64,000 bases of DNA from Leptolyngbyaceae cyanobacterium (GTDB lineage Bacteria; Cyanobacteriota; Cyanobacteriia; Phormidesmidales; Phormidesmidaceae): assembly GCA_050331235.1 (NCBI GenBank), contig JBHJHA010000011.1:1-64000 (forward strand). Reading direction: 5' to 3'. Below, piece by piece: positions 52,485 through 63,039 of the stretch. The first letter of the stretch is position 1. Each line of letters opens with the position of its first letter. A program made the translations under genes and the position numbers. The notes beneath the pieces are model-generated. The model saw only the letters and a list, made by a program, of their open reading frames with translations, did no database searches and was not told the origin of the DNA.

Positions 52485-53927
52485 ATGGAGAACAGAAAAT
52501 TGCGGAAATTGCCGTCCCTGCCCCTTTCGGTCAAGCTCTCTTACGGCACCGGGGAACTAGCTGCGGCTGTTCCCTCTAGTTTATCGGCCTTCTTCGTTCT
52601 ATATTTCTTTACCGATGTTGCCGGTTTGACTCCTGTACTGGCGGGGGGGGTATTGCTATTCGGGCGCCTTTGGGACGCAATTAATGATCCCCTCGTGGGA
52701 TGGTTAAGCGATCGCACCCAGTCTCCTTTAGGACGGCGATATCCATGGATGCTCATTGGCATCATCCCCCTTTCCATTTGCTTTGTGCTGCTATGGACAG
52801 TCCCCCCTATCGCATCTCAATGGGGATTGTTTACTTACTACGCGGTGCTTTCTTTATTTGCGTTTGCCTCTCTCACGGCGGTGCAGCTGCCCTACACCAC
52901 TTTGGCAGCCGAGTTATCCGACGATTATGACGAGAGAACCGTTTTGATTGGGATGAAGTCGGCTTTCAGCATCGGTGGTAGCATCCTGGGTCTCATCATG
53001 GCCCAGGTTGTATTTGACCGGGTAAGCGATCCAGCCGCTCAATACCACCTACTGGGCAAACTCTCGGCTAGTTTAGCCGTCTTTATGATTTTGATTTGTG
53101 TGGCCGGTACCTATCGCCGCTATTGGCAAGTGCAAGCCAATCGCCCCCCCTTAAACCCGTCAGTTGCAACTACATCACTTTTTGGGGAAATGCGCAGTGT
53201 TTTTCGAAATCAAGCATTTCGCAAAATTTTGGGCCTATATCTCTGCGGTTGGATTGGCATTCAGCTTACCGCGGCAATGTTGCCATACTTTATCAGCGCT
53301 TGGATGGGTCTTTCTGAAAGCCATTTTGCGCGGATGGCTCTTTGCGTCCAAGGGACAGCGATCGCCATGGTAGCCGTATGGGAGCGAGTTGCCAGACTCA
53401 GCAGCAAACGTACCGTATTCTTGCTAGGAGCACCTTTAGCTATTCTTTCTCTCTCCGCCCTAATGACCGTTCAGCCAGGGGCGATCGCCCAAATGTATTT
53501 TCTAGGCATCATGGCGGGCATGGGGGTCGCCACTATGTACATGGTGCCGTTTTCCATGCTGCCCGACGTCGTAGATTTAGACGAACTCCACACGGGGCTG
53601 AGACGAGAGGGCCTATATTTCAGCGCTGTTGTCTTTTTACAAAAGCTAGGAGTAGCAGTTGCCTTATTTGCCTCAGGCACGTTTTTAGATCTGACCGGAT
53701 TCGTTTCTAGCGCTGTCAGCCAACCACCCCAAGTACTTTGGACAATTCGGTTGCTGATTGGCCCGCTACCGGCAGTGTTACTGATTGGTAGTCTGTGGTT
53801 TGCTTATCAATATCCCATCGACCGCAGCCGCCACCAGCAAATCTTACTTGCCTTGCGAGATAAGCGACTGCAAAAAGTCGCCCTTGACCCATCGATTGGA
53901 CCAGACAATAAGCTCCCCCATAACTAG
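52485..53927 (+). CDS. MFS transporter, GPH (Na+/melibiose symporter-like) family
   Basis: Motifs KLSYGTG, WDAINDPLVGWLSDRT.S..GRR.PW, PYTTL and RREG.Y; about 12 TM segments. Start uncertain. Confidence 0.9.
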   Translation: MENRKLRKLPSLPLSVKLSYGTGELAAAVPSSLSAFFVLYFFTDVAGLTPVLAGGVLLFGRLWDAINDPLVGWLSDRTQSPLGRRYPWMLIGIIPLSICFVLLWTVPPIASQWGLFTYYAVLSLFAFASLTAVQLPYTTLAAELSDDYDERTVLIGMKSAFSIGGSILGLIMAQVVFDRVSDPAAQYHLLGKLSASLAVFMILICVAGTYRRYWQVQANRPPLNPSVATTSLFGEMRSVFRNQAFRKILGLYLCGWIGIQLTAAMLPYFISAWMGLSESHFARMALCVQGTAIAMVAVWERVARLSSKRTVFLLGAPLAILSLSALMTVQPGAIAQMYFLGIMAGMGVATMYMVPFSMLPDVVDLDELHTGLRREGLYFSAVVFLQKLGVAVALFASGTFLDLTGFVSSAVSQPPQVLWTIRLLIGPLPAVLLIGSLWFAYQYPIDRSRHQQILLALRDKRLQKVALDPSIGPDNKLPHN

Positions 53928-54087
53928 AATTTTCTTCCCTGTCGACGAATAACCGTAGCTACAGCACGCCCTCAAGCAATCAGACACCCGCTGTCAATAA
54001 TCTGATCACAAGCGTCTCCCGGCTCGTCCCTTGGCAAAGGGGCTGCAACGGGCGAAAATAGAAAGACTGTATTCTCGGCCAAGTCCT

Positions 54088-54861
54088 GTGAGCAACGTCC
54101 GCACTGTATCAGACACCAAACGCGCTTTTTACGAAAACTTCAACCGCCCGGTTACGTCGGTTTATCGCCGCGTTATCGAAGAACTCATGGTGGAGATGCA
54201 TCTCCTATCTGTCAGTGGCGACTTTGCTTATGACTCTATTTATGCCCTCGGCATTGTCACAACCTACGACACATTTATGGAGGGCTACCGTCCAGCAGAT
54301 GATATCGGCCCCATCTTTACGGCTTTATGCCAATCTGTGGGCTCTACTCCTGAGCAATATCGTCAAGATGCCCAGCATGCCCTCAGCACAGTCGAAGGCA
54401 TGTCTCCTGAGGATTGGCAGAATTTGCTTAACAATTTATCCGAAGCCAATGCCGAGGGCCTCGCCGGCATCTTAAAGCCCATCGCTGAACGCGATCGCTT
54501 CAAATACAGTCGCGCTTTTGGGATTGGCTTATACACCCTGACCGAAAAAATTAATCCTGAGCTGCTGAAAGATAAAGAAACGCTCATGGCCTTTATGCAA
54601 GAGGTGGCTGAAGCTTTATCGATCTCATTTGACAAACTCCAGAAAGACATCGAGCTGTATCGCAGCAACATTGACAAGATGACCCAGGCCAAAGCGCTGA
54701 TGGCCGAAGTTTTGGAGGCAGAGCGCAAAAAACGAGAAGAACGCGCCCAGGCAAAAACCGAGAAAACAGCAGCTGAAACGACTGAAACCGAAGCCGATGA
54801 AACTGAACCGGGTGAGCCTATTGCCACGCCAGCCAGCGACAGCGAAGATCAAGCTTCCTAG
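54088..54861 (+). CDS. psb29: Photosystem II biogenesis protein Psb29/THF1
   Basis: Motifs RTVSDTKRAFY, YRRVIEELMVEMHLL, FKYSR.F.IGL and KD.ELYRSN. Confidence 0.95.
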   Translation: MSNVRTVSDTKRAFYENFNRPVTSVYRRVIEELMVEMHLLSVSGDFAYDSIYALGIVTTYDTFMEGYRPADDIGPIFTALCQSVGSTPEQYRQDAQHALSTVEGMSPEDWQNLLNNLSEANAEGLAGILKPIAERDRFKYSRAFGIGLYTLTEKINPELLKDKETLMAFMQEVAEALSISFDKLQKDIELYRSNIDKMTQAKALMAEVLEAERKKREERAQAKTEKTAAETTETEADETEPGEPIATPASDSEDQAS

Positions 54862-54977
54862 CGATCTCGCCATCTTAGTTTGCAATTGTGCTGCCGAGTG
54901 TAAACCTTTGGTCAGAGTTAAGCTCATGCCGGACAGTTCAGCTACCATAGAATAGTTCACTTGAACTACAGAATAAA

Positions 54978-55451
54978 ATGGTTCAATATACTCTCGCCCA
55001 AAGTCCAGATATCATTCTTGATGTCGCGGGCAAAGATTCTCGCAAAGCCCGTGAGAAAGCGATGGATCAGTTGGTAGAACTGATGGATGATGGCAAGTTG
55101 CCCACTAATCTAACCAATGGATTTGACCCTCAGCAGTTTATTACAGTGAAAACGCCTGAAACCAATCCCACCGTCCAAAATCAAGAAGATGCTGTGGTGG
55201 AAGCAGTCCAGGTGCTGAGCCATTTAGCCACCTTAAAGATGAAGATGCAGGACTCCCGCGAAGCGGCCCTGCAAGTCCGAAAGTTAGTTGATTTACTCTT
55301 TACTGACGAACCTATTACCGAAGAACAGCTCAATCATCTTAAAGACGGGTTCAAAACTCTAAAAACTTTCGCGCAAAGCAACTTGAAGTACCGTGACGCC
55401 CGCTCCCAGGCAGAGTCAGCACGACAAATCTTGGATGCCGCGTTGCAGTAG
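54978..55451 (+). CDS. Conserved cyanobacterial hypothetical protein
   Basis: 157-aa helical ORF beginning MVQYTLAQSP...GKDS.KAR.KAMD. Confidence 0.8.
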   Translation: MVQYTLAQSPDIILDVAGKDSRKAREKAMDQLVELMDDGKLPTNLTNGFDPQQFITVKTPETNPTVQNQEDAVVEAVQVLSHLATLKMKMQDSREAALQVRKLVDLLFTDEPITEEQLNHLKDGFKTLKTFAQSNLKYRDARSQAESARQILDAALQ

Positions 55452-55785
55452 CTACTGTAGCTCAGCTGTTTAGGTTGCCTCGTTGGCCTGGGCATACGTT
55501 CGTTCTTTCGGCGGTGAACCGCAAAAGTTGGGTTTCATTGCAAATTGCGATCGCATGTAACGCCTTTTCATAGGGGGCATAGCGATCATTTTAAAATGGA
55601 GGCATCGGGCATAAAGATAGCGTTAATCCTCAACCTGCTGCCTTTATTGCCTTGCGATGCCTTGGCATTTCTTTAGCGGGCTTTAGCCTCTCCATGGCTA
55701 CTGTGTTACCGCTGTACCCGGAGACGTCTTACTGCCGAAGGGGTCGCCACAGACAGACAGTCCCTAGATTCCGATGGAGGTCGTT

Positions 55786-56322
55786 ATGTATCGCAAGATT
55801 TTGGTCGCGGTTGACCACTCTCCTCTCCGAGCTTACCTATTACGCCAAGCAATTGGGATGGCTAAGGTCATGGAAAGTGACCTCATGATTGCACACGCGC
55901 TATCAGCTTACGAAGAAGGCAGTCCCGGCTTACCGATTCGGACTTATCACACTTACTATCCCATTGCCAGCAGCGTCTCATGGCAAACCTATCAGCACCG
56001 CTGGGAATCGTATGAAAGAGAAGGCCTGAATGAGCTGCGTCAGTTTGCCGCTGAGGCCGCGCAACAAGGTGTAAACGCTGAATTCACTCAAACCGCCGGT
56101 GATCCCGGTCGAGTTATTTGTGATATCGCCGATAGCTGGGGAGCCAACTTAGTCATTATTGGTAATCGAGGTCGTTCCGGACTAGGCGAGTTTCTCCTAG
56201 GTAGCGTCAGCAACTATGTGATGCACCATGCTCCCTGTTCCGTCTTGGTGGTGCACGAAGATGACATGAATCAGGCGATCGCCGCGGCAGCGGACACAGA
56301 CAAGACAACTGCCGTAGTCTGA
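55786..56322 (+). CDS. Universal stress protein (Usp)
   Basis: Motifs KILVAVD, GDPG..I and IIGNRGRSG...LLGSVSNYVMHHAPCSVLVV; GGAGG SD. Confidence 0.93.
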   Translation: MYRKILVAVDHSPLRAYLLRQAIGMAKVMESDLMIAHALSAYEEGSPGLPIRTYHTYYPIASSVSWQTYQHRWESYEREGLNELRQFAAEAAQQGVNAEFTQTAGDPGRVICDIADSWGANLVIIGNRGRSGLGEFLLGSVSNYVMHHAPCSVLVVHEDDMNQAIAAAADTDKTTAVV

Positions 56323-56433
56323 AACCAGTACATCGACTCAAATCATTAGCAGTTGCTTCCCTATCCACATAGCGCTCCCAGCTATTGACTCAAGTTTTGG
56401 AGGGCTACCGATGCTGTCGATAGCTTCCCTGAC

Positions 56434-56514
56434 CTACACAGGGAAAGCAAACCGCAGGCAGATTGGCAAGTTTAATATCACCAAAGCGATTGGAGTGAGG
56501 GCTTGGGCCAACAT
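56434..56514 (-). CDS. Candidate 26-aa hydrophobic small protein (MLAQALTPIALVILNLPICLRFAFPV)
   Basis: GGAGA SD 8 nt before the ATG and a TAG stop. Below the ORF-track cutoff; no homology evidence. Confidence 0.35.
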   Translation of the reverse strand: MLAQALTPIALVILNLPICLRFAFPV

Positions 56515-56844
56515 CGGTAGTTCTCCGCTACAGCAGATACAGCAATGACTTCCGTTGCTTATCTCAGCAACAGATTTATAGCGCCCTACAGATTGATGCA
56601 GCGCACCTTAAACTCAGAATCCGGTCCCTTGAAACTGTACCCTGACAATCTATATTGAGTTGACTTGAACGCCGCCGTATCGGTCACGTCAGGATTTGAA
56701 GCTGCTTTGCCAGTCAGCAAAGTGCTTTATCAGACAGCCTGGCTTTTCATACTGCGCTTAGCAGCTCTCTGCAAGTCGTGCCTGACGGATTGGTAGCTGG
56801 AGCCTTTACAATTCAAAGGGGGCAGCCGCATTTAGAGTGCCATC

Positions 56845-58068
56845 ATGCATCGAGAAAATTCCGTAACATCAGAATTTGCGCAATCGCGCGCTCGCGCTGC
56901 CCATGCTTGGCCCTTTTGGCCCGTTGTTCCCCTCTATCCCTACGGCCAGCGCCCCACTTTGATGCGCGAGGTCATTCCCGATCAGGTATGGACGCTCGAT
57001 CAGTATCAAGGCATTTTTTACGTTGTTGTCCCGATTCGGATGACCGTCGTCAAACTGCGGCCCCGAGGCTTACTGGTTTATTCACCGGTTGCCCCTACTC
57101 CCGAGTGCATTGCCATGGTGCGATCGCTCGAAGCTCAGTATGGACCTGTGCAGTACATCATTCAGGCCACCACTACGGGCATTGAGCACAAAGTCTTTGT
57201 CGGCCCCTTTGCTAGACGCTTTCCAAACGCTCAAGTTTATGCTGCGCCCTATCAGTGGAGTTTTCCTCTAGATTTGCCGCTCAGTTGGCTAGGGCTGCCC
57301 GCCCAGCGCACCCACTTCCTTACGCCAAATACCCATTTTCCGTTCAGCGACCAATTCGATTTCGCCATTCTAGGTCCCATCAAACTCAATCTAGGCCCTT
57401 TCGTCGAAGTAGCATTTTTCCACCGAGAAACACGTACGCTACTACTGACGGATACGTTGGTATCCGTTCCCTATGAGCCACCAGCAGTGTTGAGTTTGGA
57501 TCCCTACCCCTTGCTTTTTCATGCCCGCGATCGCGCCGAGGATCCTATCGTCGATACGCCTGCAGCCCGTCTACGTGGCTGGCAGCGCATTGCGCTATTT
57601 GCCTTTTTCTTTCGACCCAGTTCTCTACAGACTCCAACCTTCAGGCAGGCTTTGCGGGACGCTCAGCGCGCCCCTAATCGGTCTCGCAAAGCGTATTTTG
57701 GGCTTTATCCCTTTCAGTGGAAAGACAACTGGCAAAGCTCCTTTAAGGCTTTGCATGGTGAAGGGCGACCCTTTGTGGCACCGGTACTACAGACCCTGAT
57801 CTTTAACCGCAACCTGGAACGAGTCATGGCTTGGGTCCAGCAGGTTAGCCGATGGCCGTTTGAGCAGACGATTCCCTGCCATCTAGATAGCCCCATCACC
57901 ATGGGTTCCAAGGAATTTCAAGAGGCTTTTGAAGCAATTCATCCCCAGAGCAAACTGAGCGATCGCTCACTGCCAGCCCAAGAGTTTGCTTTCCTCAGGG
58001 AGTTGGATGCTGGGCTTGTCAAACGAGGCATTACGCCACCTAGCCATACATCAGCAATGGATGAGTAG
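56845..58068 (+). CDS. DUF4336-like protein
   Basis: Motifs WPFWP..PLYPYG.R.T, VPIRMTVVKL, GIEHK, FVEVAFFH and IPCH. Confidence 0.85.
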   Translation: MHRENSVTSEFAQSRARAAHAWPFWPVVPLYPYGQRPTLMREVIPDQVWTLDQYQGIFYVVVPIRMTVVKLRPRGLLVYSPVAPTPECIAMVRSLEAQYGPVQYIIQATTTGIEHKVFVGPFARRFPNAQVYAAPYQWSFPLDLPLSWLGLPAQRTHFLTPNTHFPFSDQFDFAILGPIKLNLGPFVEVAFFHRETRTLLLTDTLVSVPYEPPAVLSLDPYPLLFHARDRAEDPIVDTPAARLRGWQRIALFAFFFRPSSLQTPTFRQALRDAQRAPNRSRKAYFGLYPFQWKDNWQSSFKALHGEGRPFVAPVLQTLIFNRNLERVMAWVQQVSRWPFEQTIPCHLDSPITMGSKEFQEAFEAIHPQSKLSDRSLPAQEFAFLRELDAGLVKRGITPPSHTSAMDE

Positions 58069-58331
58069 GCCTCGACGGTCCTGGAAAATCGGCTGAGATA
58101 ACTCAAGCACAGATGGTAGCGATCGCTGTCGTAGCGGCTGGCCTGACACAATAATGTACCGCGACCCACAGTCAGGTTCTGCCCTTGCATTCACCGAATC
58201 GCCCGCAGCGAGGCTATTTACGGCATCATGCTCCCTGCTTTTTTCTATCTTCTGCCGTATATTCCCCCTTTACTAAAAAGTTTTGCTCTTCACGCTGCAT
58301 TGTTATGTTAGGATTAACAACCGTGGATGGT

Positions 58332-58413
58332 GGGTCGATGCCCGAGTGGTTAATGGGGGCGGACTGTAAATCCGCTGGCTATGCCTACGCTGGTTCGAAT
58401 CCAGCTCGGCCCA
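58332..58413 (+). tRNA. tRNA-Tyr(GTA)
   Basis: GGGTCGATGCCCGAGTGGTTAATGGGGGCGGACT-GTA-AATCCGC, long variable arm, and GGTTCGAATCC. Confidence 0.97.
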
Positions 58414-58422
58414 TCCACTCTT

Positions 58423-58494
58423 GCCCATGTAGCTCAGCGGTAGAGCACACCCTTGGTAAGGGTGAGGTCACGAGTTCAATTCTCGTCATGGGCT
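58423..58494 (+). tRNA. tRNA-Thr(GGT)
   Basis: GCCCATG...CACCCTT-GGT-AAGGGTG...GTTCAATTC...CATGGGCT; 9 nt after tRNA-Tyr, the usual Tyr-Thr pair. Confidence 0.97.
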
Positions 58495-58874
58495 TCTTTG
58501 GTTTTTTGGATTTTGACCCAGCAGCGCATTAGAAACTCTATTTTGAGCGCTGTTGCACACTATAACCGGCATAAAGCCAAACTGTTTACCCTAATGTCCA
58601 CTCTATTTAGCTAGGGGCTTCTGGGCAAAGTTACTGGCATGCTTGGGTTCGACAAAACCTTAGTAGCCAGCGTGCGCTACGGTAGATGCCTCTGCATCAA
58701 AAAACTCAGAATTTGAGGAGAGGCAAAGTCCCTCCATCGAACTAAACTCCGACATAGCTTCTCAGCGCAGAAAAACACGCGCAATGAAATTGAGCAGAAT
58801 AGGTGTCATGCGGCGGTGACAGTTTGCTCATTTGTCCGTTTGAAGCAATAGGCAGTCACCGTCTCCATTGACCG

Positions 58875-59714
58875 TCAGTTGGATACAGGCAGAGCTTGAT
58901 CAAATATCAGCGCCGGACTTTGTTCAAAGTCAGCTTCCAACTGTTCTTGCAGACTTAATTCCCAAGTCAGGTCGTATTCCTCTTCAAGGTCCGCAATTAC
59001 ATAGGGACGCAAGACACCGGACACGACAGCCTTTTCGCTCTGAATAACCGCATTTAGGTCGGCGTCAGCTCCTTGAATCAAGATGATGCCTTTCCCACCA
59101 AATAAACCTGGATCCTCAAGGATAAAGGTATCAGCAACCGGCACCGGTTCCACCTTGCCGTACACCGTGACAGGCTGATTGATAAACGTATCGGCATTGT
59201 TAACCAAGGTGTCCGGATCAGGCACAAGGGTAATTCTCTCAGCCACAATCAGGGGGTTGCCCTCGTACTTTTCCCACTCTGACTCTGGCACGCCATTACT
59301 TTCCAAATCCGCTTCGGAGAGGATTTCTACTGTGCCATAAATCCACAACGGAGTCGCGGCATCGTCAGGAACCTGAAAGCTGCGATCGCTTTGATTCAGC
59401 ACTAGAACATTGCCCCAGTCCCGGTCTTCGTCTTCCGCGACGACGAACAGCGCATCACTAAACTGATTTTGAAACTTACCGTGAAAGTAAAACGACTCCC
59501 CAATTTGATCCATTAAATCGGTGTCTTCGTCATTGTTTTGCTCCACCTCTGAAGCATCGCCTGCTACGGGTGCATTGGCGCTGGTTTCTGCCGTCGTCTC
59601 AGGCGCATCCGCAGTGCAGGCCCCCACCGTCAAGCTCAGTCCTACAATTAGACCTAGGGCAATAGTGGATGGTTTGAGCCAATTACGTTCAAACGCGGCT
59701 TTATCAAGTTTCAT
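58875..59714 (-). CDS. Putative acidic lipoprotein with two internal repeats
   Basis: AGGAGG SD before ATG 59714, lipobox-like VGAC, and repeated G/N-x-x-[FV]-x-[FV]-x-GK...F segments. Confidence 0.8.
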   Translation of the reverse strand: MKLDKAAFERNWLKPSTIALGLIVGLSLTVGACTADAPETTAETSANAPVAGDASEVEQNNDEDTDLMDQIGESFYFHGKFQNQFSDALFVVAEDEDRDWGNVLVLNQSDRSFQVPDDAATPLWIYGTVEILSEADLESNGVPESEWEKYEGNPLIVAERITLVPDPDTLVNNADTFINQPVTVYGKVEPVPVADTFILEDPGLFGGKGIILIQGADADLNAVIQSEKAVVSGVLRPYVIADLEEEYDLTWELSLQEQLEADFEQSPALIFDQALPVSN

Positions 59715-59999
59715 AAAAAGCTTCCTCCTGGCAATGGCGGTAAATGCCAACCTGCTGATGCCAACACTAGACACATATTTATAAAAGTTTTTGCCGGACC
59801 TTTCATCTCCCCCTAGACAGGGAAGTCCAAGTTTGAGCGGCGTCTCAAAGTTCATTAGCGTTTGCGCTAACCAATTTGAAGTTTGACTGCCATCGACTTA
59901 TTTGATCACTGTCGTGATGCCAATCCCAAACTTTGCACTCCCAAGACAGCGGCTGGTGAAATCAATTACAGTTTAAAGAGATGTACTAAACCGCACGAT

Positions 60000-60776
60000 A
60001 TGTTTGCAACCTGGCTCGACAATAATAGTTGGCTGTGGGAGATTGCCAATCAAAAGATATTGGTTGATCCATGGTTAATCGGAACTCTCACCTTCAGCAA
60101 CACCAGCTGGTTTTTTGAAGGAAAAAAAATCGAGTCCCAACCGATCCCCACCGACATTGATTTCCTCTTACTATCCCAAGGGTTAGAAGATCATGCCCAT
60201 CCAGCTACGTTGCAGGCATTGAATAAGTCAATACCTGTTGTAGGCTCTCCTAATGCGGCTCAAGTTGTTCGAAAATTTGGCTTTACTGATATCACTGTGC
60301 TGCATCACGGCGAGTCCATAGTGCGCAGTGATATCACAATTAAGGCTGTGGCTGGGGCACCCATCGGCCCAACGCTGACCGAAAACGGCTATATTGTCCA
60401 CGATACAGCTACGGGACTCAAATTATTTTACGAACCCCATGGCTATCATCCTCCAGCACTCAAAGATGAAGCACCCATCGATGTAGTGCTCACGCCGATG
60501 GAAAACCTGTCTCTTCCTCTAGCCGGCAACATCATCCGGGGACTGGCTAGCGCTAGTGAGCTTGCCAATTGGCTAAAACCGCAGGTGATGCTGCCCACCA
60601 CCCATGCCCAAGAAACCAAATACTCAGGACTGCTGACCAGCATCATTGGCGCTAGTGGGGGACCTCAGCAGGTCAGGCAGCAAGTTACCAATGAAAAAGC
60701 ATCAATCACGGTCTTGGAGCCCAAGGTCGGAGAGCGCATTGCCTTAGATATACAGCCTCAAAGAATTGCTGTTTAA
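60000..60776 (+). CDS. MBL-fold metallo-hydrolase
   Basis: Motifs TWLDNNSW, ILVDPWL, SQGLEDHAH, ENGY and YEPHG. Confidence 0.88.
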   Translation: MFATWLDNNSWLWEIANQKILVDPWLIGTLTFSNTSWFFEGKKIESQPIPTDIDFLLLSQGLEDHAHPATLQALNKSIPVVGSPNAAQVVRKFGFTDITVLHHGESIVRSDITIKAVAGAPIGPTLTENGYIVHDTATGLKLFYEPHGYHPPALKDEAPIDVVLTPMENLSLPLAGNIIRGLASASELANWLKPQVMLPTTHAQETKYSGLLTSIIGASGGPQQVRQQVTNEKASITVLEPKVGERIALDIQPQRIAV

Positions 60777-60779
60777 TCG

Positions 60780-61277
60780 CTATCGACAGCGCAGAGAGTC
60801 TCGAGTCGTCACACCGGTTTTTGAGTTCGTACCGTTGGCGATCGCACAAAGTTCCCTAATCTGAGCACCATCTAGCATCGCTCCAGTAAAGTCAGCTCCA
60901 GTAATATCAACCCCCTCAAAGGTTGACCGCAGCATGATGGTGTCGACCAATATAGCATCGGAAAAGTCGGCATCAGTGAAATCGGTGGTGTCCAACATGC
61001 CGGTCGAAAAGTCAACTCCATGAAAATTAGTCCTTCGGGCTACCGAGGCACTAAAAATCGCGCCCCTAGCATCAGCTCCGGTAAAGTCAGCCTCTGAAAG
61101 ATTGGCATTGGAAAATTCTGCAGCGCGAATCTGCCAATCGCGAAAATCGCGACCTCTAAGTTCTGCATTACTGAAGGAAAGCGGTGGCGGGTAATCTAAC
61201 GCCAGTGCTTCATTGGCCGGGCTCCAGACCAATACCAAGCACGCGAGACAGATCATAAGGCGCTTCAGCATATACAT
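60780..61277 (-). CDS. Pentapeptide repeat protein with signal peptide
   Basis: A(D/N)[LF]xx repeats and C-terminal C..A.G.N..TGV.T..SL.C. Confidence 0.92.
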   Translation of the reverse strand: MYMLKRLMICLACLVLVWSPANEALALDYPPPLSFSNAELRGRDFRDWQIRAAEFSNANLSEADFTGADARGAIFSASVARRTNFHGVDFSTGMLDTTDFTDADFSDAILVDTIMLRSTFEGVDITGADFTGAMLDGAQIRELCAIANGTNSKTGVTTRDSLRCR

Positions 61278-61419
61278 TCTGATGACTAACGGCATACCTC
61301 ATCTTAGCCAGAATCATCTCAAGAAGTCGCCCCTCAATCACACCAGCGGACAGGCAGCTGCCATAGTCAACGAGAAGGCAGCACACAAATTCAAAAACCT
61401 CGATGCTGAATGCCGTTGG

Positions 61420-62772
61420 TCAATCTTCAAGAAACGTCTCGCTGAAATTGATGGCTGTTGAAGCAAACGCGAACGTCATAAATACAGTAAAGATATTGTT
61501 GTGAATGGCTAATGAGCTTTCACTCATATTGATCAGTCCGATGTTGCATATCATCACCACGGGCCAAACGTATTCCCAGCGAAAACTCTCCCAAATTGTG
61601 GCTAAACCCTTTATAAAAGACGACCATGCGGCCAAAGCAACCAAAGAAATACCGACCAATCCCATGGTCAGGGTGAGATCTAAAAAGCCATTGTGAGAAT
61701 TGGGGACCTTCCAGCGCAGGGCAAATTCCACGTACAGCGATTCGCCGTACTTACCGTGCCAAAATCCGTTGAAGCCATACCCCAACCATGGCCTCTGCTC
61801 AATTTTGTCAATAATGACCGGCCAAATTTCGGTGCGTCCCGTCAGCGTCGTATCTTTGCCCAAAAGCCCTAACACAAACTCAAATATCGTATAGCCCCAA
61901 ACTGCCACAAAAAAAGCCGCTGCCACGAAAAATATGGTCGAGAGGATAAATTTCTGTCGGTCCCATCGAAATGTTTCAAAGAACAAAACCAAGCTAAAGA
62001 GCATGCACGTGTAAAGAAGAGAAGAAGAAGACCTCGACCCTACCAATAAAAAGCAGCTTAAAACCAGCCCAGCCCAGGCAAACTTCTTATGACTGAAAGA
62101 GGATTTCAAATAGATTAGGAAAGTCACACAGCTGAAGGTCATCGTAGGCCCAAAAATATTTTTATGCCCGTAAATGCCTCGAATGGCGCCAGCATGTTTC
62201 GCAGTCTCTAAACCGTAGCTCGGCATCAGAATAACCATCAAGATGCTCAGTACTATCACCGTGCCAAAAAACTGCACAAATAACTTCAACCGATCTTCCG
62301 CACTAAATCGAGTGGCCAGGTATAGAGCGAACATCATGGTTCCAGTCATCGCGATAGCTGCTGACTCAGTTTCACTCGGGCGGTCTGACCAGATAATCGA
62401 TAGCGGAATCATCAAATAGAATATCCAATAGAAATAGTTGCCAAAAATAGCAGGAATGATTCTTTTCTGAACTTCTCTCCATTTCAACAGGAATAAGCCA
62501 GAGGTTGCCAGGTAGTTAACTAGGAAGAAAAGGGTAATAATCCCATAGTTTTCATTATTCGAGGAATCTGTGCCGTCTCCCTCGGAAGCGCCCCCCGACA
62601 AGATCAGTACCAAGATCCCGCCAGAATAGACAATCAGATAAAAAATCAGAAATATTCTTTCGAGTCTTTCAAATCTTTCAGAATCTGCGAACTGAAAAAC
62701 CGGCCTTACGAAATCCTGTATAGGCTGGATTACAGAACTCTGTATCGGTTTTACAATTTCTTCTATCAGCAT
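61420..62772 (-). CDS. O-antigen ligase/Wzy-family polymerase
   Basis: Multi-TM protein with RGIYGHKN, GKDTTLTGRT.IW, RPWLGYG and HNG.L motifs. Confidence 0.9.
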   Translation of the reverse strand: MLIEEIVKPIQSSVIQPIQDFVRPVFQFADSERFERLERIFLIFYLIVYSGGILVLILSGGASEGDGTDSSNNENYGIITLFFLVNYLATSGLFLLKWREVQKRIIPAIFGNYFYWIFYLMIPLSIIWSDRPSETESAAIAMTGTMMFALYLATRFSAEDRLKLFVQFFGTVIVLSILMVILMPSYGLETAKHAGAIRGIYGHKNIFGPTMTFSCVTFLIYLKSSFSHKKFAWAGLVLSCFLLVGSRSSSSLLYTCMLFSLVLFFETFRWDRQKFILSTIFFVAAAFFVAVWGYTIFEFVLGLLGKDTTLTGRTEIWPVIIDKIEQRPWLGYGFNGFWHGKYGESLYVEFALRWKVPNSHNGFLDLTLTMGLVGISLVALAAWSSFIKGLATIWESFRWEYVWPVVMICNIGLINMSESSLAIHNNIFTVFMTFAFASTAINFSETFLED

Positions 62773-63039
62773 CTTGCAAGTCTTAAAAGTAAAAGTAGAT
62801 ACCTATCAAATACCGCCATCTATGGAAATGAATGATGCCTTTGCAACAGGATCGAGGTCAATAATCTGTTATTGATAGCTTCGAACGGTTGACAGTCCCC
62901 ATATAGACAACATATTTGTTATCAAGCCATCATGGTAATGATCAATGATCATCGTCTTTGCGCAAAGGTAGTCCAATGGTCGGACTGCTAGAAAGTAAGT
63001 TGAATTTAGCTGAGTTGCCTTACCTCCAATCTCTGATAG

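Noticed and set aside
56545..56575. ACGGAAGT after a hairpin (minus strand), resembling the glutamine (glnA/downstream-peptide) riboswitch
   Set aside because: There is no CGTT...GAAG(C/G)AACG closing stem.
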